Shown piece by piece: positions 1-11,991 of a stretch of DNA of 64,000 bases. This DNA is from Ophelia neglecta. Its lineage: Eukaryota. Numbering within the stretch: the stretch's first letter is position 1; each line of letters starts with the position of its first letter. Location: contig OZ260661.1 of the NCBI GenBank assembly GCA_965285935.1, forward strand, positions 133,672,001 to 133,736,000, read 5' to 3'. The position numbers were made by a program, and so were the translations under genes. The notes beneath the pieces are model-generated. The model worked only from the letters and a program-made list of their open reading frames with translations. It made no database searches and was not told where the DNA came from.

Positions 1-1479
1 TTGATTAATTGGAAAATTTGCTCATTTTCAGATTTTAAGCCGAAATTCGAGGAGCGAGTTCAAATTGTATTTCTCTCAAAGTTTCGGACACTTCTGTTTA
101 ATACCATAGCTGACCGAGATGTAAACAGTTCGCTCCTTTCACGCTAGGAGCGTGGCACGCTTTGTTCTAGTATAAATCGATATCCTTTACTACTGCCTGC
201 CGTTTGCTTCTGTGGCACAGGCGAAAAGACGCCCGATCCTAACACTCGCCACTTTCTTTCCTCGCGGGATCGAGTCCCACCGAAGCCGGCATATATTTTG
301 CGCTAATTGGACATTTATATTTTGCTTTATCACATGTTTTCACAAAGTACGACTTAATAAATTAAGCTATGTTCCGTGTCAGCTTGTTTCAATTACATGA
401 CAAAGGCAAAGAATAGACCTCGCCGTTCTACGGCCTACTTGGTACTCAACATGGCCACAGGGGTCGCCTGGAACTTCACGTTCGTTGCATTACGATTATA
501 TACGAATGGGCTTCCTATGATTATATAATTAATTTTTTTCCACCGTGGTCGATTTTTGATTTATGATGAGTCTACCCATTTTCCTTGCCCTCGCCTTTTT
601 AACTCGCTCTTCGCCTTTTCATTCTTCCTCTCGCTTTTTCAACTCACTCCTCGCCAGCCGCGCGACCGATTTACACAATCGATTTCTACATAACAAACCT
701 GTAGGCCTTGATAAGGCATTCCAATATGTTTGCCCCTTGTCATTCGAGTGATTATCACCAAAACAAAACGACTGTTGAAATAAGCAACATTGAAATTAGC
801 TTTTAAGCCCATTGGACAGAACAATATAAGCCGACTTTGATTTGTTCACAGGCCAGAAGCTGGAAATATGATCACATGGTTAGGCCTACTGGCAAATAAG
901 ACGGGGAGAGCGAGAAGGGTGGGGGGGGGGGGGTAAATAACAAAAACGTGCATGCGAATTTAACGAAATCTCGGAATTTTGGGTAATATTTAAACACCCG
1001 CCAATCAATTTGGATTAAATATACTGCTCCATATCTCTATTGAATTATTACTAATATTACGTGACATATATTTGTATATAATCATCAAGTAACATTCTAA
1101 GATTAGGGCCTATTGCATGCTTTTAAGTCAATGATTTAGCCTTATGCGTATATTCCTATACGAATAATAAATAACTTAGGGTATGAAAGACGGGACTACC
1201 GCTAGATCAACCCCCCCCCCCTCCCCCTCCCCGCTCATTACACGTCCGGAACCAGATCGAACACGATTCATTGCAGTGCGCCTGCTGCGAAATCCTCTTT
1301 TATCGCATTAGTATCAAAGACGATTACGATCCAGCTCGTCACAGTGTGCGCAGGTAACCCAGCAATATGCCGGCCGAGAGTACAAATAGCGGAGCGGGGG
1401 CTAGAACCGCCACACTTTGATTAAGGCGAGAGACTCAGACGCTTGCAGCCGTCACACGAAAGCCATTACACCCGGCAAC

Positions 1480-2703
1480 ATGAAGTCACTAGTATTTATC
1501 GTGCTCGCAGCCTGCATTGCATGTAAGTAATTTACTTCATGCAAACTTCAATCTTAACTTTTTCATTTTGAAAATATTCGGGTGAAATTAACCTGGCAGC
1601 TAAACGGGTTGGCTATCTGTAGTATATTTATCTTTGTAATATTTTTTTTAACTATTTGCAAGCACTTTAAAACGATACCTTTTGCTAAACTATTGTAGTT
1701 TTCAAAATATGAGTTACTTTTGGTAGAGCCATATTGGTTTCAGGCATGATTGTCGAATCTGTTTAAAACAAACTTGCACGGTATGTTGGCCATTTTTTCC
1801 CTAACGTATTGGCTAGACGTTATGAACGCGTGAAAGATAAAAGAGCGCTTGTCATGCCGAACGTTTGCCACACATGTTACTTCATGGTGAAAAACTTTAA
1901 GGAGGTTCCGTTATGTTTATGGCACTAGCTTTGGTCTTGTTTCTCATACAGACGGCATTTATTTCGTACCTACAGCTTTAATAATTAAACCTCTATTGTT
2001 TCAAGTCGGGTTATTTCTTTCGTCGTTTACTTTCGCGCAACAAATATCCTTATTTCACGTTCAACCGTAACGTGCGCGGAATAATGCTATTTAGCGCGCG
2101 GAATAAGAGTACCTGCTGCGCGGATTGACATAATAGGTAAACCTGGACTTCACACTGCAAAGTACCAGTTTACTTACTGCGTGAAATTATATGTGTGCAA
2201 AGTTAATGCATGCGCGTAAGCCTGATGCATTCTATATTCAGTGTTCTATTTTCGGCCAGTTGTATTCAATAATCGTATGTGCCGGGACTGACCACGGGAG
2301 ACTGCAATGAGCTTTACCAGCAACAATTGTATACATATCTCATACTATATTGTGTTGCGCCTATGAGCATTTTGGAATAGGCGCATTTTAGAAATGAATT
2401 TTAATAATAATTACAGAACACTTACAAATTAACCCCAACATTATTTAAATTACATAATTGTGGAACATCTAAAAACTACTGTGCTATACCTATTTTCAAA
2501 GACATTGTATATATGTATATGTAATTCATTTATTTTTTCTTATAGTGTATGTCAGTCCGATAGAGGGCGGCACCACGACGGAATCCATGACGACCACCGG
2601 CACCCCAGCGGACGTCACGATCCCGGACAACGGCGCAAGCGCATTGAGTGTTCTCACCCCATTGACCCTGCTCCTAATGGCGGCCGCCAAGTTGCTGGCT
2701 TAA
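1480..2703 (+). CDS. Small secreted, predicted GPI-anchored Thr-rich peptide (66 aa, 2 exons)
   Basis: Exon 1 1480-1522 (ATG...GCA T|gtaagt) joins exon 2 2546-2703 (tttcttatag|TG...TAA) in phase 1. Product: MKSLVFIVLAACIALYVSPIEGGTTTESMTTTGTPADVTIPDNGASALSVLTPLTLLLMAAAKLLA. It has an N-terminal signal peptide, an N-G-A omega-like site and a hydrophobic C-terminus; AATAAA at ~3031. Confidence 0.85.
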
Positions 2704-3640
2704 AAGTTTTATGACACATTGTACCTTATTTATTAAACCCCGACACACTTACAAATGACGGGTTAGACTTGTTGGATTTGTTCCGGAATGGACAGCGCGG
2801 TGGAAACGTTCAACTATAATCATTTAGTGAACAATTTGTAACTGCACTCCATTAGCTGAATAAGTGGTGTTGTATTACGAACAATATGTGAACAGTTTGT
2901 CAAATTCCGTCCATTCACACCGTGAATAAGTTGTTTAGTGAATATAATCACTGTGAACTTCATGGCCTGTGTTAACAAAGGATAAAACGACTAAGTCACC
3001 ATTGTGTGTTTGTTCTGTGATATCTTCTTGAATAAAGTCTTTTTACATTAAAATACCCGTGATAATAGTTTTTTTCTGTTTAGGAGTTCTGCACATAAAA
3101 TAGTACAATTATATACATTTATTTTTAAATCTCTATCGCCGGCACTGCTTTGCCTACAGGTACGTACACTTATTCTTTATTTTGCAGGAAGTTAAAATAT
3201 AATACTATCAAACACCAGATTCTTAATATCCATTAATCGGCAGCTATCTTTATAGCAAACTAGTTTGAAGCAAATCCTTGGAAAATAAAAATCCTTGGAC
3301 AATATGCCTGCCATTGATTGAGTTTATAGTCGACTCGTATGTCGATGGCACTTCATTTATAAGCCCGTCTAGTACGGAGGATTTCGTCCAAATAGTGCAT
3401 TTAATCACAGGCATTTAAACTCCAGATATGTTGACCCAAATGTCCTAACTCTTTTCAGACATGGAGGCTATGGCAACGGCACATTCTATTTTTTCAATAT
3501 TGAAATTGGGCAACAATTGTTAACTTTGTTCTGGAATGAAAATGAAGGATGTTTAGTGTAATTGCTTAGGTACATACCATATTAAAAGCATGCAGCACTT
3601 CAGAAATGGTCGCAAGAACAACAAAAGCGTTACTATACTA

Positions 3641-4307
3641 ACCAAGAATTAACAAAATGGAAATATTCCCTCTTTCTGACACAAGCAAATAAAGCGTCAC
3701 GTATATTTTGACTCAAATATCCTAAGACTGCTTAGACATGTAGGCAGTTTGAAAACATCCTGTTTCCATGGTAACAACGAATAAACAAACCATCATTTCC
3801 CTCATTTTGAGTTGAATCTTGGTGTCGACATTTTTAAATTTATAACAAATATTGTGCATGTGTTCTCCGGCACAATCGTCAATTTGTTTTAAGATATATT
3901 GGAGCAATGTTGCCATTGAAACGAGATATTTTTATTTTCCAAGGACTGATGTAATATATTCTGGAACAGACAAAGGTGGCAACTGTATCTTAAACATATG
4001 CTGGGGCAGAATTTGGAAATTTTTAGGCATTGAGGCAAGCTGAAATATAAAACTTTACCAAGTATTTAGAAATATTAATATCCTAGGCCAACTTGGCTGT
4101 TACTTCAACTGGATAATATAACCTAAATCGAAGTGTAAAATGTGGCCCCATTATACTTTAGTTACCATAGCAATGGGTGACAATGTCAAGTAAAAAAATG
4201 CTTCTTTTAAGATGAATTTATAGAATAGTTGTGCCTACTTCCCAAAGTTTCAGCCACCATGGGTCCTGTCAGAAAGAGGGAAAATATTCATTTTGTTGAC
4301 TCTTGGT
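3641..4307. mobile_element. MITE-like element with ~40-bp terminal inverted repeats
   Basis: accaagaattaacaaaatggaaatattccctctttctgaca (3641-3682) is the near reverse complement of tgtcagaaagagggaaaatattcattttgttgactcttggt (4267-4307). No coding capacity inside. Confidence 0.75.
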
Positions 4308-4987
4308 CACCATGATAAGGGCTTTATATTCGCTTGTGTCGATGTCTGATTTCTTTCTGCTTATACCATAGCCTGTACGTAAGCAGTAGCACGAAGCTGT
4401 TTTTTTTTTCCGAAACAAGGGGAACAAATTCCATCCATTTAATTGTTTCCATGCCATTCTTGCAGGTATATTACATATTTATTGATGGAGGCGGGCGATA
4501 TTCAGTGTAGGATCTGACTGCATTATTGTTACATTGAATCACTGAGTGAATATATTCAAACTTACTGTACTAATAATAGATATTGGCATATTCTGCTTGG
4601 AGAATTCCAACTCAATTATAACGTATGTTCGTGGACTTATGCCAACCTCCGAAAGTACCGTTTACACGGAGCCATTAGTCAAATGATGCCGTTCAGTGGT
4701 TTGCAACTGGTCGGGCTACAGATGTATTTCAGACGAATGTCTTTCTTATACTGAGTTCAGATTTATCAAATTACATCAAAACATTTTAACCCGTGCAATA
4801 ATTGAAAATTTACTACTTGCAAAAAACTGATACAAGATGTTAACCAGACCATGACTATAGAATGTTAACGTCTATATAGACAGCAGTTAAGGTAAAACGA
4901 TGAATTTTACCTGATGAAAGGTATCACATTTGACAGCTTCTCTCTTCCTTCTATGCCATGAGAATCTTATAATGTGTGAAGTCTACC

Positions 4988-7900
4988 ATGGCGGAAAGTT
5001 TACACACCCTTTCTGCATCCTTATTACTGTATTTTTCATGGATTTTATTTGTACCAACATCAGGTAATTTGTTTTAAAAGCATACGATATGCATACACGG
5101 TCAGAGCTTTTATATACCTATCTTATCAGCTATTAGGTGTAAACGCCTACACTGTATAATTTATATCATACACAATTATGTACGTTAGGTGATTGAAAAT
5201 AGTATTGCAGGTGCAGTTTGTGATCCAGAATGGCAACAATACCATGCAAGTTGCTATTTTAAGTCCACTAGGGAAACATCATGGGTTGAAGCCAGATATT
5301 TGTGTATGAACATGGACTCCAATCTCGTATCTATCACAGACCAAGAAGAAAATGACTTTATCAGGCGTACATTGTAAGTGACATTTCATACTACAGTTTT
5401 ACATGTACGAACTTTTTGTATAAGTAGACTTTTAAACAACTGTAGAGAAAACCGTACTATCGTGGATATCAATATGAAGGCTTCACACATACAAAACTTA
5501 GATCTTATACAATAATTTGCATCGAAATATATTGTTTATACCTTGACCAGACTTTTAAGGCTGAAATTGTAACATACAAGTAGTAGTACTAGTAGTAGTA
5601 TCACATGCATGGCTAGAACAATAAGGTGAGTACGTATATATATACAGGGAACCTGCGTTTGTGGTGATCTGTGTATAAGATCACCTGCCCACCAAGGTCA
5701 CTAAATGTTAGGCCAATCCCCATTTATGCCTGTGTTAACCGCCTATTAAGGCAAACTACATAATGTGGTTATTCCAATCCCTTACGTGACCTGACTAGAC
5801 AGGTTTCAATGTATTACTTCACAGTATATAGACTGTGACGCCAACTGACAGGCAGGTGAAAACGCTGTCGAGCAATTGTAAATCATCGAAGGAATGTCCA
5901 TCAACGCTGCTATGATCATGCAAATGAGCAAACGCCGATCTCGCAAGTAGCTTTTGGTTTTATGAACGGAAAATGATTCCTTATCATGGGAGAACTTTTA
6001 GTATCCTTGCAATGTATTCACATCGTTTGTATCCAGGGAGCTTTTTATGCTAAATTAGGGCATTGACTGCCTGTTTTGAATTTGGTGTTATATCAAGAAC
6101 AAAAACGGGAACTTTGTTCTAGCGATTTCTTCTAGAACCGTGTTATAAGTATAAATATAACAATTATTTAAATATCATATCTTCTTATAAAATTAGCCTA
6201 AGCCTGCCGATATCCCCACTTTTATCGTCCCGCCATGACATTCAGATAATAATGATGTGTTAAATGGCATGGCTGCAATGCATGTTTTCTTTATTCCATT
6301 TTACCCCAGTTTATTCAAAAATTGCGATTACTGCCCATTTAAAGACGTTGTCGATCATCTATGTTGTTAGCAGGTTATAGTAACTGAGATTTTAGCTACA
6401 TTAGATTTTGCTTGGTATATGAATAAGAAAGAAACGCCTGTCGGGATTACATTTTAGTGTTGGTATATTTTATAAATTTTAATTCCCCAACCAGTAGTCG
6501 GTATGCACGGCTTCCTGCAAAGAAGTGTTTATTAATGGTTTACACCAACCTATTTGCATCGGGTTATCATGTTACGGGTGGGTTAAGGGTTTGACAAGTG
6601 TGTCAGGGTTCGGTTCAGCAAGGGAACGAGTATTATATTGCCATTGTAAATTGCTACATTTTTTAAAGCGTTAACACAGAAATAGTAGTTTACAACTGTT
6701 AGTCCACTGCCGATAATATACATACCGTCATTGTCCTAAAATATTCACATGTATAACACTCCTTTAGTCGTTTTTATGTAAGACATATGTTGATTTCAGT
6801 GTTGAAATATGCACCGTTAGCACAGAATGTAAAGAACAAACACAAGATGCATGGATTGGATTGTCGAAAATGACAGACCTGTCCGGAAATGTGACACAAC
6901 GACGAATGGACTGGAAATGGGTGGATGGATCCAAATACCAATGGTCTAACTGGGATGGCAGAGCCCCAGTCCCGGATGTGAGGCGTGAACCAGCGGCATT
7001 CTCAGGGAAAGCCCGAATGCAGTACGATGGGAAATGGGCTGACAAGACCCCGAATAACATCAGGTTCATCTGTGAGAAAGAAGGTAACATCATAATTAGT
7101 TATTCTGTGTTATTGTGGTGATTTAACAATGTAACAATAATCGTATCTATTTTTTGATGATCCGAATCAGTTTTGAATAAAGGAGCAACCCAATTCCAGT
7201 TTACCAAACAAGATTTGTTTTATCGTGGAAGTTCTGATGAGACAGCAAAAGTGATGATATTGTGGTAAAAGTGATACATAACCGATGATCTATTTAAAAA
7301 AAATATTTCAGAAATCTGTTCATCTGCACGACGTGTTTTATTTATGGTCTGAAGGCTAAAAAACACGACCGAGACGATAGTACCTTGCATTATACTCTAA
7401 ATTCATGACCTTGGGTATGAAGTGGGCCACTGGTTCATTAAAAGCGCTAGAAGGCTTGCTACCTCACGTTTAAGCGGCAAAGACCAATTCAGATTACCTA
7501 AAAATGGGGATTAAGGGATCTCTTAATATTTGAAGGCAATGAAACTTTTCACTGGAGAAATCTTGTGTAATTCTCCCCGGCCTTGATCTTTTAACAGATC
7601 GAGGAGAATGGTTTTAATTTCGTATGACATTGTAAGCTGTCACAAAATAAACAATTAAAGGTGATGGGATATATCAAAGAAGGTGGTCTTAAGATTGCAA
7701 TATTACACTGCATGATATACGTCCAGACGATAAAGCTTTGGCTTGATGCCAATGCCAGAAGTTCCAATATAAAAATGTCGACCGAATATTTCCATGTCCA
7801 GTGGAAAGATTTACATGAAAATTAGTATACAATCATTTATACGGAGATTGTAAAAAAAGTAGATACTATTTTTATTATTAGTTCACATATTCGCAATTAT

Positions 7901-9251
7901 TGGAAAAAAGAAACTCATTTATAAAACTCGTGTTAAATAAAGAGGACCTTCGCTTTCTGTTCTGCTTGGTATCATAAAGGCTGAAAATTTTTTTTTTGAG
8001 CAACTTAGGTGCTATAATCATATCCAAATCATTTTTTTTTGAAAAAGTTGAAGATTCTATGGTAAAAACTATGCCAATAAGTTTATAGGACAAGGGCCTA
8101 CTCGAAAACCTGTCGAGAGATAAATTTGAACATAGTTGGGTGACATATGGCACGCTTTTAGCGGACAAGAATGGTAATCAGTATGCGACCAATCCGCTGT
8201 TTGTTCTTTCGGTCTCTTTTGCATTTTCAACTTGTGTATTGTATTGTATGTATATATTTGTGTTTAAATAAATAGTTGAAGATGAAAAAATGTATGATGG
8301 ACAATAGATTCATTTGTTAGGTTATAAAATTTACTTGTTGTTTTAAATTATAATAGTAGTAAGATGCAAACGGTTTGCGTCATATTTCGAATTTTAGAGA
8401 CATTGCAGTTATTTCCTTTACTTCGCCAGTGATACAAAACATTTCTATGAACCAGCAATACGAACAACAGTCCGGTATTTAGGCATATAAGAATACATAT
8501 GACTTCCATCACTGCAAACATTATAGGGGAAGTCATAATTAATAAAATAGTTATAATACGTGTTCAATATTTTCAGCTGGGACAAATGTGATGTATCCTC
8601 TGACCCTGACATTTCCGTTTAGTGATGTTACCACACAAAATAATTTGGACCCAGGGCAGTCATCAGTGACTAAAATAGTAACAGAGGATGGCGTAAATTG
8701 TGAGTTTATGTCCAAATAATGCTTTAAAACAGATATTACTTATTTGTCCATGCGTAATTTAATTGAATTAATTAGTTAATAAATGCCATTTTTAATAATG
8801 TCCTATTTTCAGTTTTGATTGTAGTAAGCGTGGCGTTGATTATCATAGGAGTAGTGTTGGCTGTCATGATTGGATTAGGGGTCTGGACGTTAAGGTGAGA
8901 TGCATAAATAGATAGTAAGCAAATCAAACTACATCTCGAATATAAAGCACACATTGTAAATATATTATATTTTTGTGCCTCTCCATCAGAAGAATGAAAA
9001 CACAGAAGGCAGCAGAAAGAAAAGCAGACGAACAAAACTTCTATAACACTGCAGTAGAAAGGAACCAATCAGGTGAAAGTCAAGCCCCTAACAACTACCA
9101 CAATGTAGGAAAGAAGGAACTCTCGTCACACGCGAATACTGACGAAATGAAAAACTACCACGAGAAAGGCATATACGAGGAGCTCCAGGTGAAAGACACT
9201 GGTATGAAATCGGATAGTGATTATGAACGATTAAGCACGTTCGGTATTTAA
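4988..9251 (+). CDS. CTLR1: type I transmembrane C-type lectin-like receptor (329 aa, 6 exons)
   Basis: Exons 4988-5063 (signal), 5211-5373 (CDPEW..SCY..SW.EA..C...LVSI..EENDFI), 6800-7083 (WIGL..W.DGS..W..EP..WAD..FICEK), 8577-8699 (stalk), 8813-8894 (TM FLIVVSVALIIIGVVLAVMIGLGVW), 8990-9251 (tail). All introns are GT-AG, phases are compatible, and the 990 nt are open. Confidence 0.9.
5643..5813. mobile_element. Degenerate Tc1/mariner-pogo-type MITE in CTLR1 intron 2 (paralogous copy 35641-35812)
   Basis: Termini tacagggaacctg...caggtttcaatgta resemble the TACAGTGAAACCTG MITE family at 55.5 and 61.9-62.7 kb. Confidence 0.55.
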
Positions 9252-11991
9252 ACGTATCCCGGCAATAATGTCTTGTATGCATCATTGAATTTGTAGGTTG
9301 ATTTGTAGGGTGGGAGTGGGGTAGAAGTATTATCTCATCAGATAAACAAATATTGAAATGCAAAATATTTCCAGATGGCCTGATGCTAATAAATTAAACC
9401 CCATTGTCCCAAAACATCAATATGTTATTCTTGTTTGCACTAGCAACATGATTAAAGACTTTTTATATTTGAGAAGCTTTCAATAAAAAGCCAACTTGTA
9501 ACTTTGGTATATCTAATAAACCAAAGTTCTGCTCAGCACTAAATTTGGATTATAAATGGCTATGGGTTCGGGTTTTTTTTTTAAAGTCAGACAATACTTT
9601 AATTGGTCAACTTTAAAATTACTATAATATTCTTGTATATATAATGTTTATACTTACTATATGGATTGGGTAATTCTTTGATTCATACTTGCAACAATTG
9701 AAGAACCTGCATTACCCCCCCCCCTCCAGATTGACTATTCATTCCCTTTTGTTTGTAAAACTTAATGTTATTATACCCTTGGAACAAATATGAAAGTACA
9801 CTTAACATATTATCATGTATAAATATATTCACAAACAATTTATTCGGAGATTACGAGAAAAATAATTGACCCTGACATTATTCTCGAAATATACTGACCT
9901 ACTGTGTTCTTGTTTAACCCATTTCGGTGTCTGCTATTTATTATATAGAAGGTGATGGAAGTTGTAATTTAACATAGCACACCAAGTTTCATAAAAGTGA
10001 AAAAAAAAGTAGAATGCTTTCAACTTGAACTCTATGATAAAAATCCTATCAGCATACCAGGCGTTCATATCTATTCATACCAGCCGGAATGTTTGGATAG
10101 GTGTATAAGACTTAAAATGCTAATATTGTGACCTACATTTCCCTCCGAATGTTTTTAAACGTTACAAGTACAAAGACATAGTGACAATAATTGTTTTAAA
10201 GGCCATAGTATAAATGTGGTACCGACCCCCAAAATCTACTATTCTTTTCTCTTCGTTACTTAAACTGTTGTTGCTTCATCTATTTCACGCGAAGATTAGA
10301 AGTCAAATTCATTTTGGGGATATCTTGACCCCACATATAGCCCCCCCCCCCTCAAATATTCCGATATTACATGTGTTGTGCATATTGGGGTTGAAAAGGT
10401 GAACAGTGAAATGTGAATAGTTTATGTCAATGAAAAAAGATACTGAAAAAACAACTCCGGTTATATGTACAATGCTTTAATTGGCTAAAAATGACGAACA
10501 CAAACTGCATTATTCGTCTGTTTCTGCAGTCTGCATATCCTTTCTATAGTGATGTCCCGTTGAGGAAGACGCTTCATAATGATTTTTCAACAAATATGAG
10601 CACGTATGTGTTTTCTGTCTCCGATGGCGTTGTTCATTGCCATGTTTCTAACCATATTTGTTTTTACTTAAAACGTGTTATTTTATATTCGTTTTTTGAC
10701 TGTAATGACAATATTTTATTTTTGTAAATTGATATCAACTGGGCAATAACAAATATTCTATTCATTTCAAACAACAGTCCGAAGTCCGAAGATATTTAAT
10801 GATCTCAGGAATATTCAATTGATAACTCTTTCTTTATATTACAATAATATAATCACTTAAAAAACCTGCGTATCTATTTCTATTCACAATATATGCTTTA
10901 ATCTAATAATTTGTGTACCCTGCTGCATTATCAAAATTTCATAATAATCAACACATTACGAATTCGCAATTTATTCAATGTACAAAAATGTTATTTCTAC
11001 CACTGTGTATTAACCGTTTTTGAGTTAAGTTTGTAAATTGAAACATAACAAACACACGTTTGTGTTGAGATGGTGATTTTTTTATACATATTGCATGCAA
11101 ATTTACAAAGGTGTGTGTGTGTGTGTGGGGGGGGGGGGGGAACCCACTACAACTGGTATATGATTACATTGGATGAACATGAGGCAAAGTAGAATATTAA
11201 GTGAACAGGTAGGTGAAGGGGGATGGAGGTGGGATTTACAAAAGTCACCTGCACTGTGCCATGTTATGTACTTGACAGATTGCTTCACAGTAGTTTCAGA
11301 TAGGTTTCCGCTTGGATGACTCTAATTGGCCCAGGCACATTGCTGAGAGCTGCTCTAACTCTCGTACCCTTGCAGCACAGCCCATACTGCTGTATGAAAT
11401 TGTATCTCATAGTACATTTTATACAATAGGCCTGACATAAGCAAATTCACACACTTTGGTGTTCTGGTCTGCAAAGACTAACAATACAAGCCTTTGTGGC
11501 TATGACGTGCCATTAACTACGAGAGTCAGAAATACATTTATTATACCAATAAATTTCTTATTTGCACACTCGGCATTTAATCCCCCCCCCCCCTCCCCAA
11601 ACAGCAACCCACACACACCCATACACTCACACACCCACATATACCTATGAATTTGTGGGGGGGGGGGGGGGAAATCTTGCATTAATCAAATGTAATGTAG
11701 CAGTTGTAATACATAGAGATTAGCCTAAGGTGTTCACGTTTATAAGTTTACACATTATTGCCTGACTTAATATTAGCTGGCTTGCCTTTGCATGTAAAAA
11801 AATGTAAAAAAATAGACCATTCTACATTTGAAATCAACAAACACACGATGTTTACCAGAGCAGGAATATAAAATGGCAATATCTATATACTTAGTGGTGA
11901 AGGTAGTGTTGACTTTCACCGGTAGACGAGATTTGACAAGGCGTGTCTATTCCTTGTAAGTCCTGGGAATCTTATAATCGTGAAGTCGATC

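Noticed and set aside
2460-2714. 84-aa His/Arg-rich ORF in the track
   Set aside because: Wrong frame; the spliced frame gives a coherent signal/GPI protein.
6764-7093. Minus-strand ORFs recurring at 6764, 28227, 36752 and 40954, plus 8772, 30083 and 42474
   Set aside because: They are antisense shadows of the real plus-strand lectin, TM and tail exons and recur only because the exons are duplicated.
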